This document shows, one piece after another, positions 11,020 to 21,672 of a stretch of 64,000 nucleotides of DNA. The stretch covers positions 960,001 to 1,024,000 of the forward strand of contig OY970061.1 of assembly GCA_963705255.1 (NCBI GenBank). The letters run 5' to 3'. Below the pieces are notes generated by a model. The model was not told where the DNA came from. It ran no database searches and was given only the letters and a program-made list of their open reading frames with translations. The DNA comes from an uncultured Methanoregulaceae archaeon (lineage in GTDB: Archaea > Halobacteriota > Methanomicrobia > Methanomicrobiales > Methanospirillaceae). Every line of letters starts with the position of its first letter. Within the stretch, counting starts at the first letter, position 1. A program made the position numbers and the translations under genes.

Positions 11020-11046
11020 TAAAAACCGTTATGGATCGGAACAGGG

Positions 11047-11358
11047 TCAGCAGACCCCAACAATACCGATCACAATCTCGACATACTTTTCCTTGAGTGC
11101 ATAGCTGTTCACTCCGTCGGCATTCCGAATTGAGTGCAGGATTCCGATGCGGGAAGCAATAATGCCAACCATCGATGCGATCGCATGGAACGTCACGGTG
11201 AACTGTTTCTGTAGTTCGAAGACCAGTTCAGCAATGGTGATCGATCTTGTTTTTACAAAGCGTCTGAGCACTTCGCGCCGGATCCCAGTCCTGTCACGTG
11301 AAAGGTAGGATCGCAGACGTCCCTCAATGACCCTCTTGATCTCTGAAGGAGATCTCAT
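11047..11358 (-). CDS. DUF2551-like winged-helix protein
   Basis: YLSRDRTGIRREVL and ASMVGIIASRIGIL motifs. Confidence 0.7.
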   Translation of the reverse strand: MRSPSEIKRVIEGRLRSYLSRDRTGIRREVLRRFVKTRSITIAELVFELQKQFTVTFHAIASMVGIIASRIGILHSIRNADGVNSYALKEKYVEIVIGIVGVC

Positions 11359-11577
11359 ACGATAACTGTCAAAGGTCTCTGTATATATAATTTTTGATTT
11401 TGTGCGATTTAAAATCTCCAAAAGGAGATTCAACTGTTTAACGAAGGAACAAAAATTTTCTGCGAAATCCGTAAAATGCGATGATTCTCGCGTATTTGAT
11501 CGCGGCTGCCCCAGATCGGACGCGAAACAAATGACACTCTGATAAGTATTTATTTTCTGTAAACAGATAATTACACT

Positions 11578-12432
11578 ATGGGATTGATCAACTATAATAT
11601 CGAAAAATATTCACCAAAACAGCTGGTGATAATCCCGCTCGTACTTCTCGCAGTATCTCTTGTACTGCTCACACTGAGCACAATCACAACGGGTATGCCG
11701 GTGACCCCGGGTATCGATTTCTCCGGTGGTACTGCAGTCAATCTGTATACTACAGACACCAAGGACCAGCTCCAGTCCACCTTTGCCGGCTATCCGCTGA
11801 TCGATATCAGTCAAGGGATTAATAACGGGGTATTTTTACAATTTTCAGCGATGGATGATACGAAATTCAAGGACCTTACAACCCTGATAAACCAGAAGTA
11901 TCCCGATGCAAGCATCAATCAGATCGGCGAGACTTTCGGGAAGTCCCTGCAGTACCAGGCAGTCATTGCGCTGCTCTTCTCGTTCATCGGTATGACCATC
12001 GTCATATTCGTTGCCTTCCGCACTTTTGTTCCTGCGGGGGCAGTTGTCCTCTCGGCATTTGCGGACATGGTGATGACGGCCGCCGTGATGAATATTGTCG
12101 GCATCCAGCTCACTCTTGGAACCGTGGCGGCACTCCTGATGCTCATCGGTTATTCTGTGGACAGCGACATCCTGCTCACAAACCGCGTACTCAAGCGGCA
12201 GGGAAAACTCCATGATAAGCTTGCCGGTGCGTTCCGTACCGGCATCATCATGACCTCTACAACAATCGCTGCAGTCACCGCGATGTTCATCGTCTCCTGG
12301 CTGGGGTCCGTGGAGATGCTCTGGGAGATATCCGCGGTACTCCTGATCGGGCTCATTGCAGATATCTTCAATACTTGGCTGACGAATGCTGGGATCCTGA
12401 AATGGTATGTCCAGAAGGGAGGAGGCAAATGA
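11578..12432 (+). CDS. secF: Protein translocase subunit SecF
   Basis: GIDFSGG, IGYSVDSDILL, six TM helices. Confidence 0.95.
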   Translation: MGLINYNIEKYSPKQLVIIPLVLLAVSLVLLTLSTITTGMPVTPGIDFSGGTAVNLYTTDTKDQLQSTFAGYPLIDISQGINNGVFLQFSAMDDTKFKDLTTLINQKYPDASINQIGETFGKSLQYQAVIALLFSFIGMTIVIFVAFRTFVPAGAVVLSAFADMVMTAAVMNIVGIQLTLGTVAALLMLIGYSVDSDILLTNRVLKRQGKLHDKLAGAFRTGIIMTSTTIAAVTAMFIVSWLGSVEMLWEISAVLLIGLIADIFNTWLTNAGILKWYVQKGGGK

Positions 12433-13889
12433 ACGCAAAAGAGATGAAGGCAATTCTCCTTGACTGGCGGGTGGCTACCCTCGTTATTCTCGTCCTCCTT
12501 TCGGTGATCGCAATCTACCCGCATTTCGACGAGAAAGGGAACCTTGCCTCGAACCTCCAGTATGGCCTTGACCTCCAGCAGGGGGCATGGATCCAGCTCG
12601 AAATGAAAGGGGAAGTGGTTGGGTACACCACGACCCAGCCGGTTGATACTTTCGTTGCAAATCTTACCAAACAACTTGGTACCGAAGTGGTAGCCGTTGA
12701 TGAAAACCATCTCGAGATCCGGAAATCTTTCTCACAGGCCGAGCTGGAACCCATTGTAGCCGCTAACGGCGGGACGATCACCAGTTACCAGCCCGGAGTC
12801 TCCAAGGCAACTGCCGATGATGTCAAACTTATCCTTGAAAACAAGATCAATACTCTTGGTACCAAGGATGCCAAGGTCAACACCCTGACCGGCCTCAACA
12901 ACGTGGACCAGTATATCAGGGTGGAACTTGCCGGTGTCGACATGGATCAGGCACAGGAAATTGTCGGCAGACAGGGGAAATTCGAGATCCGGATCGTAAC
13001 TGTCGACAATCAGACAGAGCATGTATTGTCCGGTGATTCCATAACCAGCGTCCAGCCCCCGAGCCAGTCACCGGCCGGCAGCAACAACTGGGGGGTCGGA
13101 TTCACGCTCAGCGATGACGGGGCTGCTGCATTCCAGGCGGCGGCTGTAAAATACGGGGCAACGGTTGAACCCTCGAAACACAACCTGGTGATGATCCTCG
13201 ACAACCAGACCGTCTACTCGGCTCCCCTCTCAACAGATCTCGCCGGGACGATCCAGGGTACTCCTGTCCGGGAGTCTTACGCATCAACGGGATCAGGCAC
13301 GTACGGCATGAATCAGGCAACTGACCTTGAAATCCACCTCCGGGCCGGTGCATTGCCCGTTGATGTAGGCATTGCCGGGTCCGGGGGACAGTCAGCCCCG
13401 ATGGGCGAACGTTACAAGGAGATGGCCCTTCTTGCCGGCCTGTTTGCTCTTGTCACTGTCGGCTTTGTGATCTACTACCGATACCGGGAATCCAGCATCG
13501 TTCTTCCGATGGTGCTGATCAATATGTCCGAGATCGTCATCCTGCTCGGGTTCATTGCCCTGATCCGGTTCCAGATGGATCTTCCGACGATCGCTGGCCT
13601 GATCGCCGTTCTCGGTACGGGAATCGACCAGCTTGTCGTGATTACCGATGAGATCCTCCACGAAGGCAAGGTGCCCTCGCCAAACCTTTACCTGAAACGG
13701 CTGTCCCGTGCACTCAGTATCATCGTGATCGCCGCTGCGACGGTCGTTATAGCAATGCTCCCGCTGGCCGTCATGGACTTGTCGACCCTCAAGGGATTCG
13801 CCATCATTACCATCCTCGGTGTGCTGGTCGGCGTTATTGTAACGAGACCCGCCTACGGGAAAATAATCATGGCGATCCTCTCCAAGTAA
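12429..13889 (+). CDS. secD: Protein translocase subunit SecD
   Basis: LQYGLDLQQG, LRAGALPV, GTGIDQLVVITDE. Confidence 0.95.
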   Translation: MNAKEMKAILLDWRVATLVILVLLSVIAIYPHFDEKGNLASNLQYGLDLQQGAWIQLEMKGEVVGYTTTQPVDTFVANLTKQLGTEVVAVDENHLEIRKSFSQAELEPIVAANGGTITSYQPGVSKATADDVKLILENKINTLGTKDAKVNTLTGLNNVDQYIRVELAGVDMDQAQEIVGRQGKFEIRIVTVDNQTEHVLSGDSITSVQPPSQSPAGSNNWGVGFTLSDDGAAAFQAAAVKYGATVEPSKHNLVMILDNQTVYSAPLSTDLAGTIQGTPVRESYASTGSGTYGMNQATDLEIHLRAGALPVDVGIAGSGGQSAPMGERYKEMALLAGLFALVTVGFVIYYRYRESSIVLPMVLINMSEIVILLGFIALIRFQMDLPTIAGLIAVLGTGIDQLVVITDEILHEGKVPSPNLYLKRLSRALSIIVIAAATVVIAMLPLAVMDLSTLKGFAIITILGVLVGVIVTRPAYGKIIMAILSK

Positions 13890-13943
13890 CAATACCATAG
13901 ATTTATCTTTTTTTTTAATCCACTATTCATACGGGTACAATCA

Positions 13944-14216
13944 ATGAGCAGACCGGTTTTGTTTGATTTTTTTGCCACCTGGTGTGGTCCCTGCAGAATG
14001 CAGACACCCATCCTGGAAGAACTCGCGAAAAAAATGGGAGATGCAATCGAGATCCGGAAAGTGGATGTCGACCAGCATATGGACCTTGCGGAAAAATACG
14101 GAATCAGCGTCGTTCCCACCCTGATCATCGAGAAGGATGGGAAGACCGTCCAGAGACTGGAAGGGGTCACGGACGCAACGACTCTTGAGAAACTCTTGAC
14201 ACCGCTGGTGAGATAA
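13944..14216 (+). CDS. trxA: Thioredoxin
   Basis: FFATWCGPC active site and cis-Pro VPT. Confidence 0.95.
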   Translation: MSRPVLFDFFATWCGPCRMQTPILEELAKKMGDAIEIRKVDVDQHMDLAEKYGISVVPTLIIEKDGKTVQRLEGVTDATTLEKLLTPLVR

Positions 14217-14867
14217 GTGAAGATTGGTATTGTCGGAGGGACCGGTGACATCGGTGAAGGCATCGCCATGCGCCTCTCCACGATATTTGATGTGGTTGTC
14301 GGGTCGCGCGAAAAAGAGAAGGCGGAGACGTGCTGCAGGATTACCATTGAGACCCTGAAGAAACGCGGGAGCGAATGTTCGATGACCGGGGTCTGCAACC
14401 AGGACGCGGTGGACGAATCGGATGTCATTATCCTGGCAATACCATTCAAACATGTCACCATGACCCTTGAAACCCTGACCGGTTTTGAGGGCAAGATCGT
14501 CATCAGCCCGGTCAACCCCATGGTAAAACAGGATTTCTTCACCTCCGTGCCCCCTCCTGAAGGTTCGGCAACCCTCATGATCAAAAGGATGATCTCCCCG
14601 GAGGCAAGGATCTGCACTGCTTTCAATACCATTGCAGCGAACAAATGGAAGGCGCTCGATGAAGAACTCGCGTACTCGGTCCCTGTCTGCGGGGATGACT
14701 CTGCCGCAAAACAGGAAGTCATGGGGATCGTAAACCGCGTATCAAAGCTCCAGGCGTTTGATGCCGGGCCTCTCGCAGCCTCCGGTCTGGTCGAGTCCCT
14801 TACGCCGCTCCTCCTCAATATAGCGCGGTATAACAAGCTCAGAGATGTTGGTATCCAGTTCCGTTAA
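14217..14867 (+). CDS. npdG: NADPH-dependent F420 reductase
   Basis: GGTGDIG, VGSR, SPVNP, DAGPL, VESLTPLLLN. Confidence 0.92.
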   Translation: MKIGIVGGTGDIGEGIAMRLSTIFDVVVGSREKEKAETCCRITIETLKKRGSECSMTGVCNQDAVDESDVIILAIPFKHVTMTLETLTGFEGKIVISPVNPMVKQDFFTSVPPPEGSATLMIKRMISPEARICTAFNTIAANKWKALDEELAYSVPVCGDDSAAKQEVMGIVNRVSKLQAFDAGPLAASGLVESLTPLLLNIARYNKLRDVGIQFR

Positions 14868-15021
14868 CCTCTCCAGGAACATGCAGTTGCCGGAAGGGAT
14901 CATAGGGAATCTTATAACACCGGTGGACCGTTGGGATCGGGTGACCGGCGCTACCCTCTCCCCACCCGGACAGGTATCTGAACGCAATTTCCCGCAGAGA
15001 AATAAAATACAGGTGTCCTGA

Positions 15022-15582
15022 ATGTATGCCCGTGAATTCGAACGGATAGGAAAACGGCTCTTTGCCGAGCACCTGGTAGGCGGGAACTTCGGCAACATCA
15101 GCGTGCGGAAAGAGGACGAGGGTTTTCTCGTCACGCGGACCGGGGATTATCTCGATGTTCTGCCGGAACTGGTCTTCGTGCCACTCGACGGCCCTGTTCC
15201 GGACCATGCCTCGAGCGAGTTCCGTGTCCACCGGGAGATTTACCGGAACACCCCATACAAAACAGTTGTCCATGCCCATCCGCCCGCGGCGATCGCAGCC
15301 TCGCTCATCATGGACACCATCGTACCGGAGGACAGCGAGGGGCTGATGTTCTGCCCGGTCATTCCGGTTGTTCCGGGTGCCCCGGGTTCCCAGGAGATCG
15401 CAGATAATGTGGCCCGTGCACTCTCGTCTTCAAATCTGGTCATCGTGCGGGGCCACGGTACCTTTTCTGCCGGCAGGACCCTTGATGAAGCATTCCTGTA
15501 TACGTCGCTTGCAGAGCATTCCTGCCGGGTGCTTGCCATGAAACGGAATTTCGTTGCACCACAGAGTCATTCCGAAATCTGA
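15022..15582 (+). CDS. Class II aldolase (L-fuculose-phosphate aldolase-like)
   Basis: GNISVR, ASSEFRVH, VHAHP, VRGHG. Confidence 0.9.
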   Translation: MYAREFERIGKRLFAEHLVGGNFGNISVRKEDEGFLVTRTGDYLDVLPELVFVPLDGPVPDHASSEFRVHREIYRNTPYKTVVHAHPPAAIAASLIMDTIVPEDSEGLMFCPVIPVVPGAPGSQEIADNVARALSSSNLVIVRGHGTFSAGRTLDEAFLYTSLAEHSCRVLAMKRNFVAPQSHSEI

Positions 15583-15851
15583 TACCCGGATTTTTTAAGG
15601 AAACAACATATTGTCAACACGTTTTGGGCTGACAAATACGAAACCTCCGATAAGGAACATGGAGCCGTATTAACCGAACTTCCCGTAAAATCCATCCGCA
15701 ACTACGTCATGAAATATACTGTAAAGGGATTCAGAAGGAAGTAAATACGGTGAATCTGATGACTCATTAATTTAAAAGAGCCAAAAATTTCAATGAAGAT
15801 AACTGTAATTACTTTTATGTTGTCAAAATACCAATGAAACATTAATATGAT

Positions 15852-16601
15852 ATGAGAAAATGCCAAAGAACCGATAAAATTCTTATAATTTTAATTATAC
15901 TATCAATCGGCATCTCTTTTTCATTAATTGCAGAAATGAATTCAATTCACCAATCAATTCCTGTAAACAATACGATATATCAATGCGGCTATACTGAAAA
16001 AAATGTCTTAATAAATCTTGATGATAGTATTATCACTAGTCGTATGTTCTCATATCCCTATATTGGAGTAAAAATTAATGCAAAAGATTATTTTTTTCTC
16101 AATAAACAGATAGCGATGTTTCCCTATAATGATACTATGTTTGGATTTAATCAATCGAAATATTATTCTCTCATTCTTAAAGAGTTCCGAAAAACTAAAA
16201 ATGAATATAATCTGTCTGACGACCAATATGTTCAGTATATCGTAAATTTTGCTCAATCTATGCCCTATTATGAGGAACCTTCAAATTCCACAAAAGGATT
16301 TCCGATTGTAACTTTCGTTAATGGATGTGGAAATTGCGTAGATAAAAGTTTATTTTCAGCCGCGATTCTCTCGCAAGAAAATTTTAATGTATCTGTATTT
16401 GATATTCCATCGGCTAACCACGAGATGGTCGGTATTGCAAGTGATTGTCCTAATTATATTCAAAAAGGCGGGTATGCAGCGATAGAAACCACTGTAAAAG
16501 TGCCCATTGGATCTCCCGTTACTGCTATATCACACTTTAATGATTCCTCCACTAGGATATTGAGAAACGGTATCGGTACTAAAACTTTTAAGGGATGCTA
16601 A
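15852..16601 (+). CDS. Secreted/membrane-anchored transglutaminase-like cysteine protease-fold protein (AT-rich)
   Basis: N-terminal TM; FAQSMPY, GNCVDKS (Cys), NHEMVG (His), IETT; markedly lower GC than its neighbours. Confidence 0.7.
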   Translation: MRKCQRTDKILIILIILSIGISFSLIAEMNSIHQSIPVNNTIYQCGYTEKNVLINLDDSIITSRMFSYPYIGVKINAKDYFFLNKQIAMFPYNDTMFGFNQSKYYSLILKEFRKTKNEYNLSDDQYVQYIVNFAQSMPYYEEPSNSTKGFPIVTFVNGCGNCVDKSLFSAAILSQENFNVSVFDIPSANHEMVGIASDCPNYIQKGGYAAIETTVKVPIGSPVTAISHFNDSSTRILRNGIGTKTFKGC

Positions 16602-17054
16602 TACTTTTATTCACAGTCAACAGTGTATTTGTTTGCATAAATGAAAAGTGATGCTTTTAATACACGCTTCTAGACGTTGATGCAAAAGGACAAAGTTTAG
16701 AGGCTTTTAATTTGAGTTTTATAAAAATTGCCGGATCGGTTGGTGGCAATTTAGAAAAATCCTCAGGTCCGGATGCGACAATTAAAAATAATTGCCGGAT
16801 CGGTTTGGGGCAATTTTTATTAAAAATATCAGGGGAACCGGTTCTTTTGCATTGTCGGGACCCGATGTGATCTGTTTCGTCGTGGTGTGAAACGAGCTGC
16901 AATTCCAACCGTCCCGCGAATGCGTCAGACCGCAATGCAGATAATGGAGGAAAAAATCTTGGCAATTGAAAAACATCCGCCTCAAAAAAGATAATGGGAA
17001 AATCCAATACTCAATCAATTGAAGTTAAAAGATTCAAAAGCATGAGGAATTCGC

Positions 17055-17335
17055 TCTCGGGGGCTGTCGCCCCCGCCGCTCGGGCACCCCCCCTTGCGAT
17101 AGTGCTGTATTACCTTTCTGGTGCTATCACAATGAGCCCTGGGTCGAAGAACGGTTCCCGTTCTTCTCCTGCTTCGGGTCTGAAGACCCTCATCATCCCC
17201 CATCGAGGGAAGGCTGACGGTCCAAGAGGACCGGGCAGGCTGAAGCAGAGACGCAGGCTCTGCGACTCTGGTGGCACAAGCGGGGGTAGAAGGGATGGTC
17301 CTTAGGGCATCCCTTGAACGATGAGGGGGGTTCCT
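17055..17335. repeat. GC-rich multi-hairpin element (REP/MITE-like or structured ncRNA)
   Basis: Hairpins GGGGGC-tgtc-GCCCCC, GAAGAACGG-ttc-CCGTTCTTC, GGGTC-tgaa-GACCC, CGGTCC-aaga-GGACCG, GCAGAG-N7-CTCTGC and AAGGGATG-N10-CATCCCTT within AT-rich DNA. Confidence 0.7.
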
Positions 17336-17456
17336 TGGCTACTATAGACTAATTAGGAATGGAACGTCTGATGTGAAATTGAAGAACTCTTTTGTAATTT
17401 GAAGTGACATCGTATCCATCCAAAATAAAAAAAGGTAAAAATTCAGATTTATTGGA

Positions 17457-17910
17457 TTAATCAGTCCCATTTCGAGTAAAACCAATAAAATACGCCTATC
17501 AATACTGCTCCTCCAATAATGCATACAAGAATATCGACGAATAATAAAAAATAATGAATGATATGAAAAACGACAGAGTTCCACAAATAAAAACAATGAA
17601 ACTCTCTCCTACCGCTTTTTTGAAACATTTTTCACCAACTTCACAACATGCATATCCGAAAAATAATGCGGCCAATATAAACAAAATTATTGATATTATT
17701 AACGGGATACCGATAAAATCAAAATAGGTTATTTGTAATGGTGGGAGTGAAACAATGACATTTTGATAATTGCCTTTTTGCTCAACTAAAAGGACAAATG
17801 CTGAGAATAAAAGTGCCCCAAAAAATGCAGAGATTTGCGCTAATGTACTTACTCCCTCTCTTTTAACATCAGTTATCCTTTCTTATTTTGGCATTTGAAA
17901 AATTGACATA
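17457..17910 (-). pseudogene. AT-rich multi-TM membrane protein, frameshifted or degraded
   Basis: Open frame KKRITDVKREGVSTLAQISAFFGALLFSAFVLLVE...FIGIPLIISIILFILAALFFG... with apparent indels at both ends. Confidence 0.4.
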
Positions 17911-18323
17911 TTAGAGAATAATCATCAATAATTACATATTATTATTCGTTTTTATCCCTCAATAGAATTGAAAAGAAGAATATTTTCGCGTTTCTCTTAC
18001 CCCCCAATGGTGATTGTAATGGATACGATATCACTTACTTCATACCTAGGAAAATGCATTCTTTCTGACGATAACACAAAAAGACAAAGTTTAGAGACTT
18101 TCACTTTGAGTTTCTTTAAAGAAATCCCAATAATTATTGCCTTAAAATGCCCGGAATTCGCGCTAATATATTCCACGGTAAACTGCTCACCAAACTGGCC
18201 GGTAAATTCTTTCTGGACAAAATCCTGGCCGCGTAATTCAAAAAAGACCGAAATCTGGGCAGGATGATTAGATATTTATATATAGAAGTTGATCTATATG
18301 AGATTTTAATGCTGAGGCATAAG

Positions 18324-18575
18324 ATGTCAACTACCAAAAAAATCCGTGAGACGTATAATGAGACCCAGCACAAGATCGTTTTGTATCTCAGCTCGGGGAT
18401 AACCAAGGGAAAACACTATTTCAAGTCAAAATACATAGCAAAAGACCTCGGGCTGTCGCCAAAAGAAGTGGGAACAAACATGGCCATCCTCGCTGAACAT
18501 TGTAAGGAACTTGATATTATAAGGTGGAGTGATTCGAACAGCACGACATGGATGGTTACGCCGCGTGCAATCTGA
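18324..18575 (+). CDS. Small winged-helix DNA-binding protein (DUF7123-like)
   Basis: YFKSKYIAKDLGLSPKEVG...W..S.STTW. Confidence 0.75.
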   Translation: MSTTKKIRETYNETQHKIVLYLSSGITKGKHYFKSKYIAKDLGLSPKEVGTNMAILAEHCKELDIIRWSDSNSTTWMVTPRAI

Positions 18576-18601
18576 TACTACCATTATTGTCCCTTTTTAT
18601 C

Positions 18602-18790
18602 ATGGCAAAAGTTCTTGATTTCGAAGCTGAGATCGAATTTGTTGCGGATATCAACGACCACAAAGACTGCCTTATGTCCCAGGACCCGACACAGGAAAAT
18701 CCCATTGCGCTCTGGTTCAATATCGATATCCCGAAAGGGCACATGCTGAAAGCCGGTGACCGTGTCAGGGTAATTGTCGAAAAAATATGA
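18602..18790 (+). CDS. Small hypothetical protein
   Basis: 62-aa ORF, co-oriented, typical codon usage. Confidence 0.6.
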   Translation: MAKVLDFEAEIEFVADINDHKDCLMSQDPTQENPIALWFNIDIPKGHMLKAGDRVRVIVEKI

Positions 18791-18838
18791 TTAGTGCGCG
18801 GATTCATTTACGCGAGAGTTGATGGTAGAGAACCCTGC

Positions 18839-19534
18839 CTAGGCAGGTTTGTATGCATCATAATAGTTCCGCGCTGTTTCCAGAGTTATGCGGTAGCGAT
18901 CGATATAGGCCGTCGAGATGATCATATATACATCCGTATTCGAAACCTGGATAATACGGTAGGATGACCCCCGGTTCAGGATCTCTTCACCGTTAATAAT
19001 GGAACCATTGGATGCGTAACAGAGAACCATTCGGAAATCCCCGTACTGGGGGGTAAGATTTGCCGTCACCGTCGTATTGAGCACCCAGACCGGATAGGGG
19101 ACCGAGAATATCTGGGTCAGACCACCACTACGGTTATACTCAATAAAAGCAAACGGTACCATATCCTGACGGTTTGCCAGGATGTCCGACGCCCCGAATA
19201 TTACCATATTCTCCGGAAGCTTGAACCTCGGATACGTGAACGGCTTATTGGTGTAAAATATCTGGTAGAGTGCGGCACCGGTCGGTACGGCAGTTGGCGT
19301 TGTTATTGTTTGAGGGGTTACGAAACCACTTTGATTCGGATTCAACTCCGTAGAAAGAGTCCCCTGAGTGGTTGCGACGCCACTGGTATTCGGACCCAGC
19401 CCGTGAGGAATTATGGTCGTTGTCGGAACTACCTGAACGGATAATCCCGTCAGGTGCTGGGGGTTTGCCACAAGAGCAATAACCAGCACGAGAACAAGTC
19501 CGCCCACAACTGTGAGGATATCCCCGGATTCCAC
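18839..19534 (-). CDS. Membrane-anchored hypothetical protein with Thr/Pro-rich linker
   Basis: N-terminal TM, T/P-rich region, globular C-terminus. Confidence 0.7.
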   Translation of the reverse strand: MESGDILTVVGGLVLVLVIALVANPQHLTGLSVQVVPTTTIIPHGLGPNTSGVATTQGTLSTELNPNQSGFVTPQTITTPTAVPTGAALYQIFYTNKPFTYPRFKLPENMVIFGASDILANRQDMVPFAFIEYNRSGGLTQIFSVPYPVWVLNTTVTANLTPQYGDFRMVLCYASNGSIINGEEILNRGSSYRIIQVSNTDVYMIISTAYIDRYRITLETARNYYDAYKPA

Positions 19535-20008
19535 ATATAGTACTTGGAGACGAGATAAAAAAACATGACGATTATCAACCAGGATTAAAGTGGGGTGGAA
19601 GAATTATTCTGGTTGGATCCGGGAATTATATACCTGCTGCCGATCTTTCTAGATATTATTTTTTATATGCCATATCCCAACCTGACATTTTTTTAATCGA
19701 CACAGAAAGATCTGACAATTTTTTTTATTTCCTCATCCGAACTGTCCCCGAAGAATTTGGATGAGGATACCCAGGGAGGTTCAAAAATTTTGAGAACAAA
19801 AACGTGCATCTCACACCAAAAGTATTGGTGATCCAACAATGTTCCGCTTCTCATTCATCTGATGAATCACTTTTTTCCGGATCCGATAATTCATGCATGA
19901 GGAGTAAATGGATGCGGATAGGATCCATGGAGTATTGTTTTAAATAATTGCCTCGTATGCCCCAGCATACCGGATATCTTATTATGCGTTTGATGAGTAA
20001 GGATGTGT

Positions 20009-20248
20009 ATGGAGTTGCCCGGGCTGCGGACATGGGTTGTCTTTTACCTGATCTCGTTTGTCGTCCTGCTATGGGCAGCGTTCCTGTCAGCCCAAGGCGT
20101 GATGGTCTGGGTCAGCCTGTTTCTGATCATCCTTATTATCGGAATCAACTTCGTCACCGTCTTGAACCAGGTAAAAATGCACTCTGCCAGGAAAGAATTC
20201 CAGCATAACCTGACCAAAGGGTTCGACCGGGGTAAGGATAAAGAATGA
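20009..20248 (+). CDS. Small two-TM membrane protein
   Basis: Two hydrophobic helices plus a basic tail. Confidence 0.6.
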   Translation: MELPGLRTWVVFYLISFVVLLWAAFLSAQGVMVWVSLFLIILIIGINFVTVLNQVKMHSARKEFQHNLTKGFDRGKDKE

Positions 20249-20281
20249 GATTTCCGGGCCGGTCCATATCGTGGGCTCGGA

Positions 20282-21093
20282 TCAGGACTTTTTGATAAAG
20301 ATCTTCAGGGATGAATTGAAAGGAGTGAAGAGGTTCTCGACCTGCCGGCCCAGGTACTCAGTCTTACCCATAACATAAAACCCATTCGTGACAAGTGCGC
20401 TGTGGAACATTCGTGCAAGGTCATCTTTCTGCTTCTCGTTGAAATAGATCGTGACGTTCCGGCAGGTAATCAGGTCGAGAAATCGGGCGGGGGGAATGTC
20501 GCTCATCAGGTCATGCGGGCGGAACCGTATGAGGTCTTTGAGGTGCTGCTTTGCTTCATATGAGCCATTGGGCAGCTGGGTGAAATGCTTCTGGACAACT
20601 GAGATCGGGAGTTTTTTATGAGCTTGTCTTCGAACACCCCTGCTTTTGCCTTTCCGAGCACTACCTGATCAATATCCGTAGCGATGATGTAACCGGATAT
20701 ATCTTTATAAGTAGCCATCATCTCGTATAGGATTATGGCCAGCGAATATGGCTCTTCACCAGTCGAACTTCCGGCGCACCATATGGAAATCCGTTTTCGC
20801 TCTTTGATGATTGCGGGAAGGATTATCGTCTTGATCGCATCGAAAACTTCCTTGTCACGGAAAAACTCCGTGACATTGATGGTGAGCGCTTTTCGCAGCA
20901 GCTCCATCTCCGGCGGGTTGGTTTTTACATAATGCAGGTACTCTGCATAAGAATTGGTATTGGTAGATCGCATCCGGGAGAAAAAACGTCGCTTGATATA
21001 ATCTTCCTTGTAGTTGGAACAGAAGATCTTGAGATTCTGTTCAACAAAACGCTTGAGCAGGAGAAATTCATTCTGGCTTTCAATCATATCCAT
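20282..21093 (-). CDS. cheR: Chemotaxis methyltransferase CheR, frameshift near 20612
   Basis: TINVTEFFRD, WCAGSSTGEEPYS, ATDID; DLITCRNV and MGKTE in the second ORF; T7 run at the junction. Confidence 0.92.
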
Positions 21094-21113
21094 AATCCTG
21101 ATTATGTAGGCAA

Positions 21114-21584
21114 CTACTTCTTTTCTATATCCTTAAATAATTTTAGAATATCCAGCCAGATAACAAGACCGCTTCCCTGTTTTGTCTCACCGGCGGAGGA
21201 CATATTGATGATTCCCTTGACATAATTGCCTTCTTTCTCCCCGCTCTCTTCTGATGCCTGCTTCACCTGCGACACGGGTACCACGACCACACTTGCAACC
21301 GAGTCTACAACAATCCCAACATTGTTTCCCTTGATGGTATCTGCCGTGAAGACAATGATCTTCTGGCTTTTCGAGAGCTCTTTGGGCGGCAGGGCAAGGT
21401 GTTTGTTCAGATTTACGATGTTGGTGATCTCGCCGCGGAGGTTAATGACACCCGTTATATAATGGGGCGCCCGTGGTATGGGAGTTATCGGTACCATTTC
21501 CACAATTTCGCGGATAATGTTGATATCGATCGCATAACGTCCGTCCGCAAGGGCAAACTCAATTACTTCAATTGATGATTCCAT
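21114..21584 (-). CDS. cheW: CheW coupling protein
   Basis: ITPIPRAP, GVINLRGEI, GIVVDSV. Confidence 0.92.
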   Translation of the reverse strand: MESSIEVIEFALADGRYAIDINIIREIVEMVPITPIPRAPHYITGVINLRGEITNIVNLNKHLALPPKELSKSQKIIVFTADTIKGNNVGIVVDSVASVVVVPVSQVKQASEESGEKEGNYVKGIINMSSAGETKQGSGLVIWLDILKLFKDIEKK

Positions 21585-21672
21585 GATTCGCCTCCAAGTC
21601 TCCGGATTAACATCTGATCAACGTTGGTCTCCATTGTAAGTTTCCTAACTGCCTTTTCAGGGTACACAAGTG

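Noticed and set aside
17165-17202. Hammerhead ribozyme or C/D-box sRNA (minus strand ATGATGA-stem-GAAG)
   Set aside because: The core deviates at catalytic positions (A3 instead of C3, G15 instead of A15) with no proper stem III or cleavage triplet, and there is no C/D'/C'/D layout. Kept only as part of the hairpin family.
16657-17305. ORFs 16657..17007, 16782..17018 and 16994..17305
   Set aside because: They run across palindromes and the hairpin element and have no protein-like features
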